From the sequence record NC_048821.1: a stretch of DNA of 64,000 bases, one strand, 5' to 3'. Positions 49,215 through 58,747 of this stretch are shown piece after piece (within the stretch, counting starts at the first letter, position 1; the number at the start of each line of letters is the position of its first letter). The position numbers and the translations under genes were made by a program. Under the pieces are notes generated by a model. It had not been told where the DNA came from and ran no database searches. It saw only the letters and a program-made list of their open reading frames with translations.

Positions 49215-50384
49215 ATGAAATTTGATAAGGCGGCTCGCCTAAGAGCACAAGTAATGGGTACTGAAGCACTGGACATGACTAAAGAAGAGATTGTCGATCT
49301 GGTTGAAGAAGTGGCGGAACAAACCGTTGAAAACGAAACTAAAGAAATCGTAAAAGACATCGAAGAGATGGGAGAGCGCGCGATAGTTGAAGATGAACTT
49401 CGTCAAGAACTCTCAGAGCACGTTGAAGGTTTGGAGTTCCTTAAACAACACCCGAACCCTCAAGCTATGGTCTTACTCTACAATCTTGCGGACCGCATTC
49501 ATGTTAAGTTAGGCGGGACATCTACCCAACCTCGAGCAGGAATGGAGTCAGTGGACGCTCGCACTTTAGAAGCCCACATGATCGTTGGATGTGAATCATT
49601 CATGGACACCTTAAAGAAAGGTGCGGATGATACTTGGAAATTTTTAAAGGCTTTGTGGGAGCGTCTGGTTGCTTTCTTTATTGAGAAGACTAACTCAGCT
49701 AAACGACTAAGCACTCGCATGGATAAATTGGTTAGAAAGCTAGAGGCTGACGAAACTGAAATCAAAGAAGAAGTTAAATACGGTTCGTGGACAGGTTACA
49801 TGACTATGTTCTCTAATGGTCGCACCACTCCTATTCAAGAAATCAGTAAAAGGCTGGTTTCTTCCATCGTCCCAAAAGAAACAGAGGACGGTCTAGTCGC
49901 AAACGCCAAACACATTCATGATACTCTTACGAGTTTCACTTCTAAACTGTCCGAAACCACCAAGACTGAAAAAGGTAAGATGGTTCGTGTCTTCTCTAAA
50001 GAAGGTTTGGATTTGGAGTACCTAAGCGCAAGACCAGAGACCGTAAAGGAAGCCCTGGAATTCTACCGTAGCTTCCGAAAACACGACTTCAAAGTGGACT
50101 ACGCTTCTAACCAAGAAACGTTCCGCCCGGCCATGCCAAAATCAGGTTTCTTATCGCTAGCCAAACATGTTAAAAGCATCACTGAAGAGGTTTTCGAGCA
50201 AGAGTCTATTGCTAAAAAAGGTGAACGTGAAGTTGCTAAGACTTCAAAAGACCTAGAACCTAACATACGTGATCTTTTGCGAGCACAGTCAAGATTTGTG
50301 ACAACCATTCTGACTTACGTTACCGGTCAGCGTTTAAAATACGCCAAAGCGGCGGCGGACTACATTTCCGCTTGCATTAAGTAA
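49215..50384 (+). CDS. Internal head/ejection protein paralog
   Basis: 389 aa from ATG 49215; MGTEA, EGLEF, AGMES, VGCES/FMDTLKK. Confidence 0.7.
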   Translation: MKFDKAARLRAQVMGTEALDMTKEEIVDLVEEVAEQTVENETKEIVKDIEEMGERAIVEDELRQELSEHVEGLEFLKQHPNPQAMVLLYNLADRIHVKLGGTSTQPRAGMESVDARTLEAHMIVGCESFMDTLKKGADDTWKFLKALWERLVAFFIEKTNSAKRLSTRMDKLVRKLEADETEIKEEVKYGSWTGYMTMFSNGRTTPIQEISKRLVSSIVPKETEDGLVANAKHIHDTLTSFTSKLSETTKTEKGKMVRVFSKEGLDLEYLSARPETVKEALEFYRSFRKHDFKVDYASNQETFRPAMPKSGFLSLAKHVKSITEEVFEQESIAKKGEREVAKTSKDLEPNIRDLLRAQSRFVTTILTYVTGQRLKYAKAAADYISACIK

Positions 50385-50392
50385 GTGTACTC

Positions 50393-50467
50393 TAAGGTAG
50401 GTGTTCTCACCTACCTTATCTTAGGATGTTTACGAATGTTCTAAGATAAGGTCAGACGTGATCTTAG
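50393..50467 (+). promoter_or_regulatory. Overlapping alternative hairpins in a head-gene intergenic region
   Basis: Stem A 50393-50403/50408-50418; stem B 50413-50424/50441-50452; stem C 50441-50447/50461-50467. Confidence 0.45.
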
Positions 50468-50490
50468 TAAACTTCATGAAGGAAACTATA

Positions 50491-51759
50491 ATGAACACAC
50501 GTTTTAAATTAGCAGCTCTGGCTGGACTAGAATCCATGTCTGCTGAGGAGATGACCACTGATCTCCAAAACCACATCATTGAAAACGTCTTTACTGGTGA
50601 CTCTGAATTAACTCCAGATGAAGCAGTCGTTGGACAAAAAATTAATCAAGCATTAGCTGAAGCAACCAGTGATGTTGAAGAGTCTTCTAAACTCGCTGAA
50701 ACTTACATCGAGCAAGAAGAAAAGCAAGAACAAGCGTTAACCGACCTAGGTGAAGCTGTGGCGGGTGTTGAAGCTTTATTCGAAGGTGAGTTCTCTCAAA
50801 CTGCTTATAACCACCTCATGCGTCATGCAGAGCGTTGTGCAAAACGTGCGGGCGTTGAGTTGCCGGTTAAGCTCGATGGTATGGAATCGATGACTACAGC
50901 GTCGATCTACCTCGAGACTCGTAATGGTCTAGAAGGTTTCATGGATTCTGTGAAAGAAGCCAGTACCAAAGCCAAGGATGTGGTTATCTCTGTCTTCCGT
51001 TACCTGATGGAGTTGGTAACAGGTTGGATTGGTCAGTTCAGTAGCCTGTCAGAAAAAATCAAACACGCTATCGTTAAAGCTGATAAAGCAACTGATCTTA
51101 AAGATGAGATTAAGTTGGGTAAATGGGACCGTTGGTTAGACGTTGCTAACAAACCGGTTTTTGATACGGTGTCGTTATTCCGTCTGTTGGGTGTGGCATT
51201 AAATGTTGCACCTGTCTCACTTGTTGATGTTGTAATGGAACAAGACCCTAACGCTAAAACCATCGACCTAGGCAGTGTTAAAGCGTTAACTGAGGCAATC
51301 ACTCAATTACCTATGAAGAAGCTTAGTCCTGATGCATCTAAACAGATCGAATCTTACCAGTTTGATATTGCTAACGTCAAAGTGACTTACACAGTCCCTC
51401 ATGCTCAGAATGAATCGTTAGATGTCTTCAAAGCCTTTGGTATGTACTCTGAACAAAATGCCGACGGTAAAGAAACTACGACTAAAGCGATTTACAAAGA
51501 TCCTCGTAATTTGGTCACCGAATTACGCTCCCTTCTTAAGTTTGTTGAAAACACCAAAAACAATTTCGAGAAAATGCATTCCGGCCTACGCAGTGAACGT
51601 GACCGTTTAATCGGTGTCATTAACTCGGGCACAGGTGGTATGAACAAAACTAAGTTAACGAGTGCACTTTCTACGAAGCGTAAAATCATCACTCATACAG
51701 AGCGTTTAATTTTCAATTTAGTTGAAGCTAAGTGTGATTTATTGAAAGCGCATATCTAA
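50491..51759 (+). CDS. Internal head/ejection protein paralog
   Basis: ATG 50491 with AAGGA RBS (422 aa); AGLES, AGVEA, DGMES, NGLEG/FMDSVKE; ends LLKAHI. Confidence 0.7.
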   Translation: MNTRFKLAALAGLESMSAEEMTTDLQNHIIENVFTGDSELTPDEAVVGQKINQALAEATSDVEESSKLAETYIEQEEKQEQALTDLGEAVAGVEALFEGEFSQTAYNHLMRHAERCAKRAGVELPVKLDGMESMTTASIYLETRNGLEGFMDSVKEASTKAKDVVISVFRYLMELVTGWIGQFSSLSEKIKHAIVKADKATDLKDEIKLGKWDRWLDVANKPVFDTVSLFRLLGVALNVAPVSLVDVVMEQDPNAKTIDLGSVKALTEAITQLPMKKLSPDASKQIESYQFDIANVKVTYTVPHAQNESLDVFKAFGMYSEQNADGKETTTKAIYKDPRNLVTELRSLLKFVENTKNNFEKMHSGLRSERDRLIGVINSGTGGMNKTKLTSALSTKRKIITHTERLIFNLVEAKCDLLKAHI

Positions 51760-51927
51760 GTATTGTATGTGAGCTCGTCTCTTCTAACGTGGTATTGCCG
51801 TAATTATATGTAGAATACTATAGTACTGTAGTGCTACACCTTTCGGGATTGCATGCTGCGGTCCCGTTTAGAAAATTTAATTAAATCTTCTAGTCAAAAC
51901 GACTAAATATATTAAAGGAACATTGTT

Positions 51928-53166
51928 ATGTCTCACATTCGTAATATGCTTATGTCTCAAGTAGCTGGCATGGAATCTCTTAGCGCAGCTGACGCGTCAC
52001 AGGTTGAAGAAATCGCTGAAAAGACAGCAGAAGAAGTTGCTGAACTGGTCGCGGACAAAGCAGCGGAAGAAGTAAAAGAAGAAGTCAACGATCTAGCTGA
52101 CGAAGTTGAAGAAGTGTCTGAAGCGGTTGAAGAAATCGAAGAAGACGTTGAAGAACTAGAAGAGTGCGTTGAAGGTCTTGAATCTCTACTTCAAGCTGGT
52201 GCTTACAACGCAGCAGCGTTCGGTATCCTTTACCACCGTGCTGAAAAGCTTCACACTAAACTTGGTGGCGCAGACACTGGTGCGGTAGTTGGTGCTGAAG
52301 CTCTAGGCGATGCAACGTCAGCAGGTCTTGCAGCTCGTTCAGGTCTTGAAGGCTTCGCAGAAACAATGAAGCAATACAAAGACTCAGCAGTTAAGTTCAT
52401 CATGAGTATGTACGAAGCAGCTAAGAACTTTGTTAAAGGTCTACTCGACAAATCTGTAGCGATCAACAACCAAGTTAAAGCGACTCGTGCTCGTCTACAG
52501 AAAGCAGACGAACTGAAGAAAGACGTGAAACCTGGCAAGTGGGCTTCTCTAGCTAAGATTCACGATACTTCTAAGATCGAACGCCTAATCACTTCAGCTG
52601 ACGCAGTAGTGAGTGCGGCTCAGAAACTGTCTACTAACGACGTTGCTGGCTACGCTTCAGCTTACGGTAACCTTAAGTCAGCAGTTGAAGGTCTAGCTTC
52701 TACAGGCGATTCTACTAAAGCTAAATCTGGTGACAAAGAAACTCACCAAATCAAAGTTGGCGCAGTGATGATTACTGCTAGCGTTTACACTGGCGATATC
52801 AAAGAACAAGCTGACGTATCTAAAGCAGCTAAAGCTACATCACTAAGCTTCTCTGCTGATAAATCTGGTGACGTTAAGTTTGAAGCTCTAGACAAGTCTA
52901 AAGCAGGCAACTACCTAACTGATGCTGAGAAAGCGGCTAAACGTCTATCAGAACTTAAAGAATCTAAGTCTGGTAACGAGAAAGGTCGTGACGAGCTAGT
53001 TGCGGCTATTAAGAAACTTGACGGTAAAGAAGAAGAGTGGGTGAAACCTGCGATCTCTGCTGTTAAAGCTTCTACAGCGATGACTAACAAGATCTTCACA
53101 GTTGGTGCTCGCATCCTAGGTAACGTAGCTGACGCTAAACTAGCAGCAGTTAAAGCTTACCTATAA
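51928..53166 (+). CDS. Abundant internal head/ejection protein paralog
   Basis: 412 aa; AGMES, E-rich propeptide, EGLES, VGAEA, SGLEG/FAETMK; very strong codon bias; ends KLAAVKAYL. Confidence 0.7.
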   Translation: MSHIRNMLMSQVAGMESLSAADASQVEEIAEKTAEEVAELVADKAAEEVKEEVNDLADEVEEVSEAVEEIEEDVEELEECVEGLESLLQAGAYNAAAFGILYHRAEKLHTKLGGADTGAVVGAEALGDATSAGLAARSGLEGFAETMKQYKDSAVKFIMSMYEAAKNFVKGLLDKSVAINNQVKATRARLQKADELKKDVKPGKWASLAKIHDTSKIERLITSADAVVSAAQKLSTNDVAGYASAYGNLKSAVEGLASTGDSTKAKSGDKETHQIKVGAVMITASVYTGDIKEQADVSKAAKATSLSFSADKSGDVKFEALDKSKAGNYLTDAEKAAKRLSELKESKSGNEKGRDELVAAIKKLDGKEEEWVKPAISAVKASTAMTNKIFTVGARILGNVADAKLAAVKAYL

Positions 53167-53195
53167 TCCAACTCCCGAGTGGGTTAGATACTGAT

Positions 53196-53227
53196 AATCG
53201 GGGAGGGCTTAGGCTCTCCCCGATTAC
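53196..53227 (+). terminator. Probable terminator hairpin
   Basis: TAATCGGGGAGGGC-TTAG-GCTCTCCCCGATTA. Confidence 0.6.
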
Positions 53228-53259
53228 TTCACGTTCCCCTTAATTTAGAGGTTAACATA

Positions 53260-54354
53260 ATGAACAAAACCAGTGAAGCTCCAGCCCAGTTATCCACAGT
53301 CAAATCTAAATATGATGAGACCAAGAGTGGTACGGATGCAGCTTTAAGGGAAGCGGACAAACCGTTGGATCCTAAAGACCAAGGTACTTTAGAACCAGAT
53401 CTTCCAGTAAGTGGGGAGGACCTAGAGAAAAGTCTAAACAAAGTAAAGGCTTTTCATACTTTATCTGGCATGAATAGTTTCGAACTTCCTATGGAAGGTC
53501 TAGAGAACTTCATGGATTCTGTAAAGGCTGGTGTCCAGTGGTTACTTCGTAAAGCCATGGATATATTTAACTGGATTGCAGACTACGTCTTTAACCGAGT
53601 AACTACGCTCCGACGTCGAATCACCAGAATGAAGTATTCCTTCAATGACAACGGAATTAAACTGAAGGACTGTCGTTACCCACGCAGTGTGGTGAGACTC
53701 GCCACGAGACCTAATATTCCAAGTTCTCCGGATTTCGCAGTTAAGTCAGTAGAAGCGGCACAGAAGTTTTATAACTCTATGATGTCTCAACAGACTCAAA
53801 TTGCCAGCTTAACCCGTGCTTTCCCATCGGACGTTACTCGAGCCCAGCTGTTAAACTTCTCTGATTCTTTAGTGACCAGTTACGTGTCAGGCATGGGTGG
53901 TAAGCGTGTAAAGGATAATGTTTACGAAATTGCTTTCCCATCAGGTTTCCAAACTATGAAAGCAGTGAGTAATCCTGCTCGCGGGTTTAATGGATTTACT
54001 TTAACGGAATACTTCCAAACTAAAGTCAATCCAATCATTCCGGAATCGTTTGTTCCTAGTGCGGATACCGTGCAGCGACTCATCCTCAAAATGGATGTGT
54101 GTTTAATGGACGTTGAGAAAGCACATAAGTCACAGCGAAGCTTTGCTAATAACTTTAAACGTTCTATCCAGCCTTTGGCGGACGGCGTAAAGTTATACCC
54201 AGAGAAGTCTAAGGAAGAAATTCTGAAGTACTATCGTTGGTTAGTGAACTATCAACACAAGTCAGTCACTATTCCGCTGAACTATTATCTGAGTGTACTA
54301 TCAGCGGCTGTGGATTTGGTAGGTTCACAGATCCACCCTGCTACTAACAAATAA
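53260..54354 (+). CDS. Internal head protein paralog
   Basis: 364 aa; EGLEN/FMDSVKAG matches the paralog junction. Confidence 0.65.
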   Translation: MNKTSEAPAQLSTVKSKYDETKSGTDAALREADKPLDPKDQGTLEPDLPVSGEDLEKSLNKVKAFHTLSGMNSFELPMEGLENFMDSVKAGVQWLLRKAMDIFNWIADYVFNRVTTLRRRITRMKYSFNDNGIKLKDCRYPRSVVRLATRPNIPSSPDFAVKSVEAAQKFYNSMMSQQTQIASLTRAFPSDVTRAQLLNFSDSLVTSYVSGMGGKRVKDNVYEIAFPSGFQTMKAVSNPARGFNGFTLTEYFQTKVNPIIPESFVPSADTVQRLILKMDVCLMDVEKAHKSQRSFANNFKRSIQPLADGVKLYPEKSKEEILKYYRWLVNYQHKSVTIPLNYYLSVLSAAVDLVGSQIHPATNK

Positions 54355-54364
54355 GGGATAAGTA

Positions 54365-55783
54365 ATGATTACTCCTTTGAAACACATGTTGTTCCTAGTC
54401 CGTGCTTACCGAGTTGTGGAAAAGGACTCAATGATTAAAGATCACCGTGACGTGATCATGCTGGAAAAGGTTGCTAAAGACCTTGGCATCGATAAAGATG
54501 TCGTTTCTGCTTTCACCATCAATGAACCTTGGGGATTGCTCGGTGCCATTCGTCAGGAACTAATCCAAAAAGTTCATGAACTACACGCTTTCATGGATGG
54601 GGTGGACACTCTGGTCCCTGAGAAGTTCGAAGCTCTGTTGAACGACTTCAACTATCACGACATGCGTGACTACTGCCCAGATGCTAAGTTTGATCACGCA
54701 GGTTTCTTACATCGCATTACTCCAAAGGAACCAAGTGATAACTTGGTGGACTCAGGGATGATGAAACTCCACCTTGCTAACTTCCAGATCAACTTGGAAG
54801 TATTGGAAGAGGAGATCAGCAAAGAGTACTCTAAAGACTTTGATTTGATCGAACGCTGTACTCGTGAGATGATGTTTGTATTTGCCATCTTTGAACACGT
54901 TCAAAGTAAAGGGTTGGATTTATTCTTAGAAGACAAAACGCCTGAAGACATCTGGTACAAAAAGTTCCGCGATGGCGTTAGCGCGATGGACCAAGTCCTT
55001 GACAGTGATCTGTTGGAGTCTCCTGAGTCGATGACTAAAGAACAGCGTGAATCTGTGGATAAAAACATGGAGACGTTGGAAGTGGACGGCATGGAAGGTT
55101 TCTGGAAGGAACTGGATCAATCTCAATCACTTCTCTTACTTAAGTTAACTGGCAATGAAGACTTTAAAGAAGACGTAAAACGCATGGCAGGTAAAGCGGC
55201 AGAAATGTTAACCGCTGCTATGAAGTCTTTGAAGGCTCGTTTTGAAGAACGTAAGAAAGAAGGTTCTAAGGAAGCTGAGACCGTCAAGAAAGCTATCGAT
55301 GAATCTATTGATAAGCTAAAAGGTATGGCGGGTGAACCTGATTCAGGTCATGTTAAGCAATTGCAACAACGTTTAGAGAAAGCTGGGTTTAAAGACCAAG
55401 CAAGTAAACTGAACGGTGTTACGACTTACACTCAGTTGAGTCAAGCATTGTCTACCATCTCAGGTGAATTCGGTTCCATGATTTCAGAGATGAAAGAAGC
55501 GGAAGCCAAACTGCGTGAAGCAGAAGCAAAAGTTAAAGAAGCTTCTACTCCTCCAGCCGGTACAAGTGACGATGCCGATGAGAACACTAAGGGTCAAATT
55601 AAGACTCAAATGTCCGAAGCTCAGAAAACCGCTAAAGAGCTAATGAAAGCAGCGTCTGACTCGATCGGTGAATCCATGAAGTCGATGGCAATGCTACGTG
55701 GGATCAAAGCAACACTTGATCGTGTTACCGAATCCAACAAAGAAAAAGAAAAAGTCGACGGTCAAGAATCGTGGATGCTCTAA
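54365..55783 (+). CDS. Putative head protein with helical K/E/A-rich C-terminal half
   Basis: 472 aa; internal DGMEG and TGNED/F sites and a terminal DGQES-WML. Confidence 0.6.
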   Translation: MITPLKHMLFLVRAYRVVEKDSMIKDHRDVIMLEKVAKDLGIDKDVVSAFTINEPWGLLGAIRQELIQKVHELHAFMDGVDTLVPEKFEALLNDFNYHDMRDYCPDAKFDHAGFLHRITPKEPSDNLVDSGMMKLHLANFQINLEVLEEEISKEYSKDFDLIERCTREMMFVFAIFEHVQSKGLDLFLEDKTPEDIWYKKFRDGVSAMDQVLDSDLLESPESMTKEQRESVDKNMETLEVDGMEGFWKELDQSQSLLLLKLTGNEDFKEDVKRMAGKAAEMLTAAMKSLKARFEERKKEGSKEAETVKKAIDESIDKLKGMAGEPDSGHVKQLQQRLEKAGFKDQASKLNGVTTYTQLSQALSTISGEFGSMISEMKEAEAKLREAEAKVKEASTPPAGTSDDADENTKGQIKTQMSEAQKTAKELMKAASDSIGESMKSMAMLRGIKATLDRVTESNKEKEKVDGQESWML

Positions 55784-55787
55784 ACTG

Positions 55788-55820
55788 AACGGGTGGGTCC
55801 TTCGGGATCCACCTCTTTAT
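55788..55820 (+). terminator. Intrinsic terminator
   Basis: GGGTGGGTCC-TTCG-GGATCCACCT then CTTTATT. Confidence 0.65.
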
Positions 55821-55831
55821 TCGATTTTATG
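55821..55831 (+). promoter_or_regulatory. Putative late promoter (TCGATTTTATG)
   Basis: Identical to the minus-strand copy at 3877-3887. Confidence 0.45.
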
Positions 55832-55854
55832 ATTATTCACTGAAGGGGGAGTTT

Positions 55855-57453
55855 ATGCTCACTGCTCTTTTTGATGCAGGTGAGACGTATCGTAATGCGA
55901 CACGTCCCGCTATTCTCGACAGCATCTACTCTGTATTGGAGTACTACCAAGTTCGAGAAAAAGACCTGACGGTGTACCTGAATGGCGAAGCACAAGACGC
56001 TCGACCTATGTACTCCAGCCCGGAAGACGGACCAAGGTCAGGTCAGTACACTGATTTCATATTTCGTAATAAACTGTTTGCCGTAGCAGAAGTGGTCACC
56101 ACGGAGTTCAACTCAGGTTACGGTAACATGGGGAGACAACTAAACAACTTCCCGTTATGGTACAATTCTTTTGTTCGTACTAATATGGTTCCTATCTTTG
56201 AGGGTCGTAAAGTGAACGTCGATTGTAACGTTCATTTCAATACCCGACAACAAGCTAAGAACTTCCGCAACCGACTTCAACGTATCTACGACTTACAAGG
56301 AGCACAACCTTGGTTCCGTGCTCATATTCATTACCCTGTCCCTTACGAGTTCATGTTACTAACCAGTCACTTGAAACAACTTAGTGAAGCGGCAGGACTT
56401 AGTTCTACAGAAGAAGAGTACCCAGATTGGTTTATTCGTCACTGTACAGCACCCACAAGCATTTTAACTAACGCAGCGGGCGAACATCCTATCTTTGGGA
56501 TTAAACGTCGTATAGAGAACTCTGAGTTGATATTAGAAGAGCCTACGATTGCATTGGTACAACGTAACCAAGAAGTCTTAGGTAAATACGAAGTCAGCTT
56601 CCGCTACTCTTTCTATTGGCAAGAACTCACTAACTGGAAGGTCACTTATCCATTGATGGTTAATCAGCTTCCGATTAGTTCGGACTTCGTTAATTCCCCA
56701 TTAGTTGAACCAGGGAATCCGCACAGTCCATTTAAGTTCTTTGAATTGCAGGCTGGTGATTCTATCAAAGGCTTTGACGGGACTAAGCATTACTACCATG
56801 CTCGCTATCCGTTGTATGACCCTTGGTTCCCACCACCGAACTATGATCGTGTAGAACCTAAGGTTATCGTTAACTTTACAGTTAAGAATGAAACAGACAA
56901 GCAGTTCTTGTTCAACATCAAAGAAATCCCAGGCATGCAATGGAATCCCATCATTCTCCAGTTTATCCTGAAGTACCATGATTTGATTACCGTTAGAAAC
57001 AATCTAGTCCTTTGGATACAGCTTTATTCTGATGACCTCCCAGTACTACAGGAAGACATCGAACTGGATGAAGAAGGTAACCTGTTTTTATTGAGAGATC
57101 CGGTAATAGAGAACAACTACCGCTTTGTACTGAACATCGATGGTATGTTAGGTCTACTTACTGATCAAGGTAAACGTCTCATTATCGAAGATGACAACTA
57201 CCGCCTCAAAGTACTTCCTGAAGTGTTCCCTTGGTGGAACTGGAACACGCTTAAAGAAGTAGAAGAAGCAGGACCGTGGGGATCGACCGGAACACCCGTC
57301 CCCGGGTGGGAGACAGGTGGTAAGGATTATTACGACGATCACGTTGTGGTGACCTTGGAAGAATTGGAAAAGGCAATCGATATGATCGCGGCTTTACCAG
57401 AGTTCCCTGACACTCCTTCATTCATGCTAGACATGTCCTTAGTAGTGAGGTGA
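55855..57453 (+). CDS. Virion structural protein (phiKZ gp98-region)
   Basis: 532 aa; GGGGGAG RBS; first gene of the structural operon. Confidence 0.55.
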   Translation: MLTALFDAGETYRNATRPAILDSIYSVLEYYQVREKDLTVYLNGEAQDARPMYSSPEDGPRSGQYTDFIFRNKLFAVAEVVTTEFNSGYGNMGRQLNNFPLWYNSFVRTNMVPIFEGRKVNVDCNVHFNTRQQAKNFRNRLQRIYDLQGAQPWFRAHIHYPVPYEFMLLTSHLKQLSEAAGLSSTEEEYPDWFIRHCTAPTSILTNAAGEHPIFGIKRRIENSELILEEPTIALVQRNQEVLGKYEVSFRYSFYWQELTNWKVTYPLMVNQLPISSDFVNSPLVEPGNPHSPFKFFELQAGDSIKGFDGTKHYYHARYPLYDPWFPPPNYDRVEPKVIVNFTVKNETDKQFLFNIKEIPGMQWNPIILQFILKYHDLITVRNNLVLWIQLYSDDLPVLQEDIELDEEGNLFLLRDPVIENNYRFVLNIDGMLGLLTDQGKRLIIEDDNYRLKVLPEVFPWWNWNTLKEVEEAGPWGSTGTPVPGWETGGKDYYDDHVVVTLEELEKAIDMIAALPEFPDTPSFMLDMSLVVR

Positions 57454-57457
57454 CAAA

Positions 57458-58747
57458 ATGTCTTTTTTAGAACAAGCTCCGGGAATCAATGATAAACCGG
57501 ATTTAAATAAACCTACGGTATATGCTAAAGAGTACCGTCACTCTATTGTGGACTCTGAGTACATTCCACACACGAGTTTGTTACACAACGTTAGTGGTCA
57601 ACCTATTCGTTGCGATTACTACCGTCAGTACTTAGGGCAAGACGAAGAAGTCGTCGGTTTACAGTTAAACGATATCGTAACGTATCAGTCGTACACCGAG
57701 ATCAAGAGTCTGGTCTACAAGCGAGATGGTGACCCTTCTCGTAACTGGAATGAGGAACGCTACGAAGTTAACCAAACTTGGGTAGGGTATTTTGTCTTTG
57801 ACCTACAGCCTTTGAAAGCGGACATCTTTGTTCAAGATATAGGTGATGGACGCGCAGGTTTAATCCAGCTCACTAAAACTCCAGAGCCTATGTCGATTGC
57901 CAAAGACAAAGTTTACATGTGTGAGTGCACTTTGTTGGCGGAGATGAATGAAACGATCGAAGCGAACATTCGCAGTAAGGTGGTGGAAACTTCATGGTTC
58001 TCGGCAGAATCAGCACTTAAGGGTGGTCAAGCGATCATCACTGAGGAAAACCGTCAGCTAAACCAAAAACTAGATCGTTGGGCTTACATGATCTCACAAC
58101 ACCTGTTGACGAATCATTACTGGAACCCAGAACGTACAATCGCTATTGTGGAAGATGATAAGTTGTATTATTACGACGCCTTCTTGGTCCGTTACTTACA
58201 ACGTGTTATCCCCCACAAATACATCCCGGGTGCGTCTCCGATCGAATCGCTTAACTTTAAGGTGGGTCGTAATTTCAATTACGATAAAGAGCTCACCATT
58301 TGGGATTGTTTCATTCAAGGTTCGTTTGACTTCTTACCAATGGTGAGTAAAGAACTCTATAAGTATAACCGGACTTCGATGATGTCGTCCCGAGGCTATA
58401 CTGGTTTCCTTGCCACCAAGTTTGACTACATCTTGCTCCCTAGTAAACTGGAGTTCAATGAACTCAACTCTCTTTACATTTCAAGAGACAACGGGTTTGC
58501 TCCTCGCCCTCCTATGGAAGAAGGTGTCAAGGTCCCTAACTATTTCTCCGAAGAGTTTTACAACGGGGGATACAAAGGTGAGTTTGAGCAATGGTGTAAG
58601 GAGTTCTTTGGTGATCGCACGGTCGATCGAGAGAAGATTTTAAAATTCTGTGAAGCGTATAACACGTGGTCGCCGAAAGATCAAATCTACCGAGCAGGTA
58701 TATTGGTCTCAGCGATCATGACATCTAAACGCGTATTTGGAGGTTAA
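57458..58747 (+). CDS. Virion structural protein (putative neck/tail)
   Basis: 429 aa; GAGG RBS; operon context. Confidence 0.55.
   Translation: MSFLEQAPGINDKPDLNKPTVYAKEYRHSIVDSEYIPHTSLLHNVSGQPIRCDYYRQYLGQDEEVVGLQLNDIVTYQSYTEIKSLVYKRDGDPSRNWNEERYEVNQTWVGYFVFDLQPLKADIFVQDIGDGRAGLIQLTKTPEPMSIAKDKVYMCECTLLAEMNETIEANIRSKVVETSWFSAESALKGGQAIITEENRQLNQKLDRWAYMISQHLLTNHYWNPERTIAIVEDDKLYYYDAFLVRYLQRVIPHKYIPGASPIESLNFKVGRNFNYDKELTIWDCFIQGSFDFLPMVSKELYKYNRTSMMSSRGYTGFLATKFDYILLPSKLEFNELNSLYISRDNGFAPRPPMEEGVKVPNYFSEEFYNGGYKGEFEQWCKEFFGDRTVDREKILKFCEAYNTWSPKDQIYRAGILVSAIMTSKRVFGG

Noticed and set aside
52020-52180. GAAGAA/GTTGAAGAA microrepeats as a DNA repeat element
   Set aside because: They simply encode the Glu-rich propeptides of the head paralogs.
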